A stretch of 64,000 nt of DNA from Desulfuromonadales bacterium. GTDB lineage: Bacteria; Desulfobacterota; Desulfuromonadia; Desulfuromonadales; JAAXQG01. The translations under genes were made by a program, and so were the position numbers. The stretch lies in the NCBI GenBank assembly GCA_012974445.1, contig JAAXQG010000005.1:4247-68246 (forward strand), read 5' to 3'. Shown piece by piece: positions 59,754-64,000 of the stretch. The notes under the pieces are model-generated. The model ran no database searches. It was not told the origin of the DNA and saw only the letters and a list, made by a program, of their open reading frames with translations. Every line of letters starts with the position of its first letter. The first letter of the stretch is position 1.

Positions 59754-61814
59754 TCAGGCCTCATCTTCCTGGGTGCAGAAATACTCGATGGTCTTCTGCG
59801 CGCAGGTGCGGCAGTAACCGAGCTTGCCCAGCATGGTCTCGACCATACGATCATAGAGTTTCTGGTTCTCCTCGTTGGTGCGATTAGCCAGGGCTCCGAT
59901 GAGACTACCGGCTCCGGCTATATCGGACTTGAGTCGCACGTCGGTCACAGCCTTGACCAGATCCAGGTTGTCCATGAAATCGTATTCGGGGTCGATGGAG
60001 ATTTTCTGTCCGTAGATTTTCCGGATGGAAGTACGGAAACTCTCACGCTGTTCCTGGGATTTGAGCCCCAGCCGCTCCTCGATACTCTTAACGTATCGCT
60101 CGTCGATCTTGAGCGCCCTGAGTTCGCCGCTCTGAGGGTCCTTGTACTTCCACATCCGATCCGGGCCGAGATTTTCCGCATCAATCCCGATAATCATGTT
60201 GACGTAACTCATCACGTCCTTGCGGATGGCCTGGGGCTCGTCCATGTAGGCGTTGAACATTTCGGTCATCACCCGTTCACGGTAGAGGTTCCGTGCGATC
60301 TTCAGATCTTCCAGGTACTTGGCACGATCCTGGGTATCGGTCACATAATCCAGAATCACCCGCTCGGCAGCGGCAAAAATATCGTACGCGACCATGCACT
60401 GCCCCTCGTTGGTCTCGCTGCTTTCGATCAGCAGCTGCACCATACGCCCGAGATTGCGCTGCCCCAGTCCCTTCTGTCCGAATCTTTTGGTGATATCCGG
60501 CTCCTGATTGAGGGTATCGATGACCTCGGAGAGGGTCTTGATGCTCTTTTCTCCGGCAACTTCCCCGGCGGCAAGTTTCATGGTCTCTATGGAAGAGAGT
60601 TTCTCGGATCTGGGCAGGCGCGTGAGAACGGCGGTGACCGAGGCGGCGTAGTTGAGATTGGGATCCCGATGAAGCAGCTCCCGGTTGATCGTCGTCTTGG
60701 TCTCGCTCCCCAGTGCATAGCCCGTGAGTTCCTGTTGCAGGAGGTAATTAGTGTTGTGGGAGACGTAGCAGATACGGCAGCGATCGACGATGGGCGCTTC
60801 TTCCTTCTCAGCGAGGAAGCGGTTGAATTCTGAGTTATTACTGGTGGCGACGATGAGGGTATCGATGGGCCAGCGATAGCCGTCAATCTCAATAGCTCGG
60901 TTCTGAATGACGCCCAGATAAACCTGAACTAGATCTTTTTTGTTCTTGTAGATCTCGTCGCAGAAGTGAATCCCCCCACCTGCCACTCGAGCCAAGGCTC
61001 CCCGGCGCAGGTCGAAGCGATAAGGGTTGTTTGTATCGGTGATGTGCAGCAGACGCTGGATCGACTCCTCCCCCAGCAGATCAACGGACGAAGAGGTTAT
61101 TTTGTCCTTTGCGGGGTATTTCCCCGTGATCGTGCCCAGACTCTCGTTCAGGGGAACAGGCACGACCTCGATACGCGCGAGCATATCCAGGATCTTGCCA
61201 CCGGTATAATTGCGGATATCGTTCCAGATATAGCCGCTGCAGGCTCCCAGGGGACGATAGTTTTCATAGAGCTTCTGCAGCTCCGCATCGCTGAAGCCAC
61301 CGGTTTTGGCCAGGTACTCACGGCTCTCGTTTGGATCGTCAAATAGATTCATCGCCAGAATCATGGGATCTTCATAGGTCTGGGATTCGATAAAATCAAT
61401 CCGTCCATAGCTACCGAGCTCGACCATCCCCTTGAAACGAAAGGTGTATTTGCGCCACTCGTCTCTGCGAAGAAAATTTCTGTAGAGCGCACAGAGCTCT
61501 TCGACCAGAAAGGTCTTCCCGTTGCCCGGCTCCCCCACCAGCACAAAGGCCATCTCCTTTGATGAACCCCCTTCGGCTGCATCCTTGACGAAACTGACAA
61601 AGGAATTGATCTCATCGAACATGCCGACGGGATGTTTGCCCCCCTGGCGAAATATCTTGAAGTCGTAGGTCGTCTTACCGTTGACCACGACTTTCTCGAT
61701 CCCCCCGGAGAGTAGCATGCGGGAAACCGCCTGAAATGCGTTTTCAAAAACCCTTTTCGACGTTTTTACCTGCTTGATATGATGGACAAGACTGCCCTCC
61801 GTCGTTCTGGCCAT
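59754..61814 (-). CDS. prkA: PrkA family serine protein kinase / AAA+ protein
   Basis: It has Walker A GEPGNGKT, HFCDEIYKNKKDLV and IVATSNNSEF. The start is moved to ATG 61814 (MARTTEG), preceded by GGGGAGG, giving 686 aa. Confidence 0.9.
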   Translation of the reverse strand: MARTTEGSLVHHIKQVKTSKRVFENAFQAVSRMLLSGGIEKVVVNGKTTYDFKIFRQGGKHPVGMFDEINSFVSFVKDAAEGGSSKEMAFVLVGEPGNGKTFLVEELCALYRNFLRRDEWRKYTFRFKGMVELGSYGRIDFIESQTYEDPMILAMNLFDDPNESREYLAKTGGFSDAELQKLYENYRPLGACSGYIWNDIRNYTGGKILDMLARIEVVPVPLNESLGTITGKYPAKDKITSSSVDLLGEESIQRLLHITDTNNPYRFDLRRGALARVAGGGIHFCDEIYKNKKDLVQVYLGVIQNRAIEIDGYRWPIDTLIVATSNNSEFNRFLAEKEEAPIVDRCRICYVSHNTNYLLQQELTGYALGSETKTTINRELLHRDPNLNYAASVTAVLTRLPRSEKLSSIETMKLAAGEVAGEKSIKTLSEVIDTLNQEPDITKRFGQKGLGQRNLGRMVQLLIESSETNEGQCMVAYDIFAAAERVILDYVTDTQDRAKYLEDLKIARNLYRERVMTEMFNAYMDEPQAIRKDVMSYVNMIIGIDAENLGPDRMWKYKDPQSGELRALKIDERYVKSIEERLGLKSQEQRESFRTSIRKIYGQKISIDPEYDFMDNLDLVKAVTDVRLKSDIAGAGSLIGALANRTNEENQKLYDRMVETMLGKLGYCRTCAQKTIEYFCTQEDEA

Positions 61815-61977
61815 GGTGACCTCCCCTGCAGTTGTTATCTCAAACGTCTTGCCCCAGGTTTGTTGTGGGTGCGCCTGCTTTAAAGCTAGCACCCGACCTG
61901 CGAATTTCAATGTTTTGAACAACTCAAGCCCTTAGACAGTGCTTGAAGAGCGGGGAGGAAAAGATCTGTTTTTATTT

Positions 61978-62014
61978 AAAAAAAAACGGAGCAACCCCGA
62001 AAGGTTGCTCCGTT
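61978..62014 (-). terminator. intrinsic terminator after the DRTGG-domain gene
   Basis: A perfect 12-bp stem, AACGGAGCAACC / GGTTGCTCCGTT, is followed by T9 on the minus strand. It lies 28 nt after the stop. Confidence 0.8.
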
Positions 62015-62041
62015 ATAAAAAAGCCAGCGAGAGTACGCTGC

Positions 62042-63133
62042 CTAGAAAATGGAATCGATCATCTCAAAGTCGAGTTCGCTCTCGGCCAGCCTCTGAATAA
62101 GACTGATTTTCTGAGAGTCTTCTGCTGTGATCTTCGAGACATCGTCGGTGATAATGGAAAAGGCCTCTGCCGTCGTGATCCCGGGTTTAATGTAGGGGAT
62201 ACGGCTGTCATCGATAATCTGCTGGGTGATTTTCGAAACGGGAGAGATCCCGGAGATGACCATTCCGGCAATCTTCTCCTGATATTCAGGGATATGATAG
62301 AGCGAAGCAATGGTGACCAGAAGCTCATCGCGGCTGCTGGTTACGACCAGCAGCGTCGAATTATGCAGCAGGTCGATCACCCGTTGCGCCGAAGCCGCAC
62401 CGAGCTGAGTTTCATTAATAATTCTCATCCCCTTGTCGGGATCACCCTGAAGAGGCGCACTGAGAATCTGGGAAATACGGTTGAGGGTCGGATTTGCCAG
62501 AATGGGGGAATAGTTGAACCCCCCGGTCACCTTGAACGGCTCCTGGGCAAAAGCCATGGTCAGATACTTCAGGGTCGTATCTCTCTTGCTCGGTATCAGC
62601 TTATTGGCCATTACGACCCTGACGTCGGCCCCCTCTTTCTCATAGATGGCAAGATTGAGGCTCACCGCGTCGATCACATTGCCGATGCCCCCTCCGGAAA
62701 CCAGCAGCACCGGAGCGCCAAGCTCTCGGGCAACCCGTGCGTTGCTCATTCCCAGGACGGAGCCGACCCCGCCATGTCCTGCGCCTTCGATAATGAGAAA
62801 GTCACATTTTTGCTCCAAAGCCCTGCAGGCATCGGATATGCGCTCGAAGAGCTGCTCCTTGGGAATCTCACCGTCCAGAATTCTGCGTGTCGAGCCGGGG
62901 TGTAGTACCACCGGCGACATCAGCTCCATGTCCTCTTCGAGGCCATAGACTTCTGCGATCAGTGCAGCATCCTTGTCCATCGAGTAGCCATTGAGCTTGG
63001 AGGGTTTGGGCCCCACCGGCTTGATGAAGCCGACCCGCCCGTATTTCTTGCGAGCCAGATGCATGAGAGAAACACTGGTAGTCGTTTTTCCGCAGTGCTG
63101 TTCAGTGGCTGCGATAAAAATCTTTTTACACAC
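62042..63133 (-). CDS. stand-alone phosphotransacetylase-N-terminal-like protein (BioD-like P-loop + DRTGG domain)
   Basis: FIAATEQHCGKTT is a BioD/CobQ-type P-loop, and the central and C-terminal parts are DRTGG-like. There is no PTA_PTB catalytic domain. The start is GTG. Confidence 0.65.
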   Translation of the reverse strand: MCKKIFIAATEQHCGKTTTSVSLMHLARKKYGRVGFIKPVGPKPSKLNGYSMDKDAALIAEVYGLEEDMELMSPVVLHPGSTRRILDGEIPKEQLFERISDACRALEQKCDFLIIEGAGHGGVGSVLGMSNARVARELGAPVLLVSGGGIGNVIDAVSLNLAIYEKEGADVRVVMANKLIPSKRDTTLKYLTMAFAQEPFKVTGGFNYSPILANPTLNRISQILSAPLQGDPDKGMRIINETQLGAASAQRVIDLLHNSTLLVVTSSRDELLVTIASLYHIPEYQEKIAGMVISGISPVSKITQQIIDDSRIPYIKPGITTAEAFSIITDDVSKITAEDSQKISLIQRLAESELDFEMIDSIF

Positions 63134-63165
63134 GACAATTCTCCTGTCGACTGGGAGCTAGGCCC

Positions 63166-63918
63166 CTACAAAAGTCCGCAATAACGGTGCACCTGAGGAA
63201 TAATCCTCAAATGAGGATAGATGATACTCATTGTATCGAAAATTTTGAAAAGAGCTTTCACACTCATGGGCGGCTGCCCTTCGCGGGTTACGGGCTGGAT
63301 TACCAGGGGCATCCCCTGCCCTTCGTCCCGAAGAAGCTCAGCGGCAAGACGCAGCTCACGATCTGGGGTGCTCTCATCCACTACAATTTTGGCATAGGCT
63401 TTTCGGGTCCTGGCCAGGCGAAGGAAGGAGCGATGACGGTCCCAGAGCTCAGACTCTTCACTGACCGAGGGCAGCTTGAGATCCATGGAGATATAGTCCA
63501 GCCAGGGCAGCAGTCCTTCGAGCTCATCGACCATGGTCCCGTTGGTTTCGAGATAGATCGGAAGCAGCTCCTGAAGCGCAGGCAGGCAATGAGCAAGAAG
63601 CTCGGCATGCACCAGAGGTTCCCCGCCGGTGAGGCTGAGGGAATGATGGGGGATTTTCGTCCAGGAGCGGATCGACTCTGTCAGGGAATCCAGAGGCACC
63701 GGGCTTGGTCTCTCCACCATCTCCGAACTGCCTGGACAGAGCTCGAACTTGCATCGCCCCGTAAATACGAAGTCGGTATCACAGTAGCTGCAGGCAAGAT
63801 TGCACCCGGAAAGACGCACGAAAACCTGTCGCGCACCGACCCAGGGCCCCTCTCCCTGAATGGAGGAAAAGACCTCAACCAGCGGCAGTTCAGTCTTCGC
63901 GGTAGCAGGCACAGGCAT
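63166..63918 (-). CDS. queE: 7-carboxy-7-deazaguanine synthase (radical SAM)
   Basis: It has VEVFSSIQGEGPWVGARQVFVRLSGCNLACSYCDT with a CxxxCxxC cluster. Confidence 0.9.
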   Translation of the reverse strand: MPVPATAKTELPLVEVFSSIQGEGPWVGARQVFVRLSGCNLACSYCDTDFVFTGRCKFELCPGSSEMVERPSPVPLDSLTESIRSWTKIPHHSLSLTGGEPLVHAELLAHCLPALQELLPIYLETNGTMVDELEGLLPWLDYISMDLKLPSVSEESELWDRHRSFLRLARTRKAYAKIVVDESTPDRELRLAAELLRDEGQGMPLVIQPVTREGQPPMSVKALFKIFDTMSIIYPHLRIIPQVHRYCGLL

Positions 63919-64000
63919 TGTCCGATTCCCAGACCTTGACTTCGAAGACCTGAACGTTTTCGTTGTTCAGACGCTCCTTAAGCCGCTCGAAAATGAAGCT
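63890..64000 (-). CDS. queD: 6-carboxytetrahydropterin synthase, C-terminal part (5-prime end outside window)
   Basis: The minus frame reads ...SFIFERLKERLNNENVQVFEVKVWESDNACACYRED*. This is a QueD-like C-terminus. It overlaps the queE start by 29 nt. Confidence 0.65.
   Translation of the reverse strand, partial: SFIFERLKERLNNENVQVFEVKVWESDNACACYRED

Noticed and set aside
61815-61977. Search for a sigma-54 promoter upstream of prkA, because yeaG is sigma-54/NtrC-linked in enterobacteria.
   Set aside because: The only GG-N10-GC candidates (for example AGGTCGGGTGCTAGC) match the consensus poorly. A 10-bp palindrome GCTTTAAAGC is present but uninterpretable. No confident call can be made.

Overview
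The window is a 64-kb stretch of moderately GC-rich bacterial chromosome. Gene content and protein sequences look deltaproteobacterial, probably Desulfuromonadales-like; this is inference only, since no search was possible. It is almost entirely core housekeeping with dense coding on both strands. I saw no rRNA, tRNA, CRISPR array, prophage, integrase or recognisable defence island.

Recognisable blocks, in order:
- PhoH-PIN, tsaD, rsmA and a parvulin
- a giant (1579 aa) NAD-glutamate dehydrogenase convergent with glgP
- a DsbC-like protein and mltB
- lepA-lepB
- a complete pyrR-pyrB-pyrC-carA-carB operon, with a good sigma-70 promoter and a PyrR-type attenuator
- greA, recG and thrC
- a decayed intergenic region holding an ISL3-like transposase remnant and a cluster of GC-rich palindromes
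- glnB-glnA with a sigma-54-like promoter
- a minus-strand string pepN-DUF2835-UbiD-SDR-DUF2148
- an orphan GspS-like ATP-grasp ligase and an acyl-CoA synthetase
- rlmL, then nupC with a pseudo-receiver/PilZ protein
- a copper module: a lipoprotein multicopper oxidase, Sco1 and a His-tailed mini-ORF, divergent from CcdA and a TlpA-like thioredoxin
- DUF924, lpxA and ihfA
- a four-gene PrkA / DUF444(YeaH) / SpoVR / second-PrkA-paralogue cluster
- a stand-alone Pta-N-terminal-like (DRTGG) protein, queE and queD

The best candidates for under-described biology are the self-contained copper-delivery and multicopper-oxidase module, the double-PrkA stress cluster, and the orphan ATP-grasp ligase.

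Three genes (pepN, sco1 and the DUF444 gene) have frame problems that each sit on a short homopolymer. These may be assembly errors rather than biology.

I found no convincing evidence for a wholly new system. Start codons and all family assignments come from reading the translations and are unverified.
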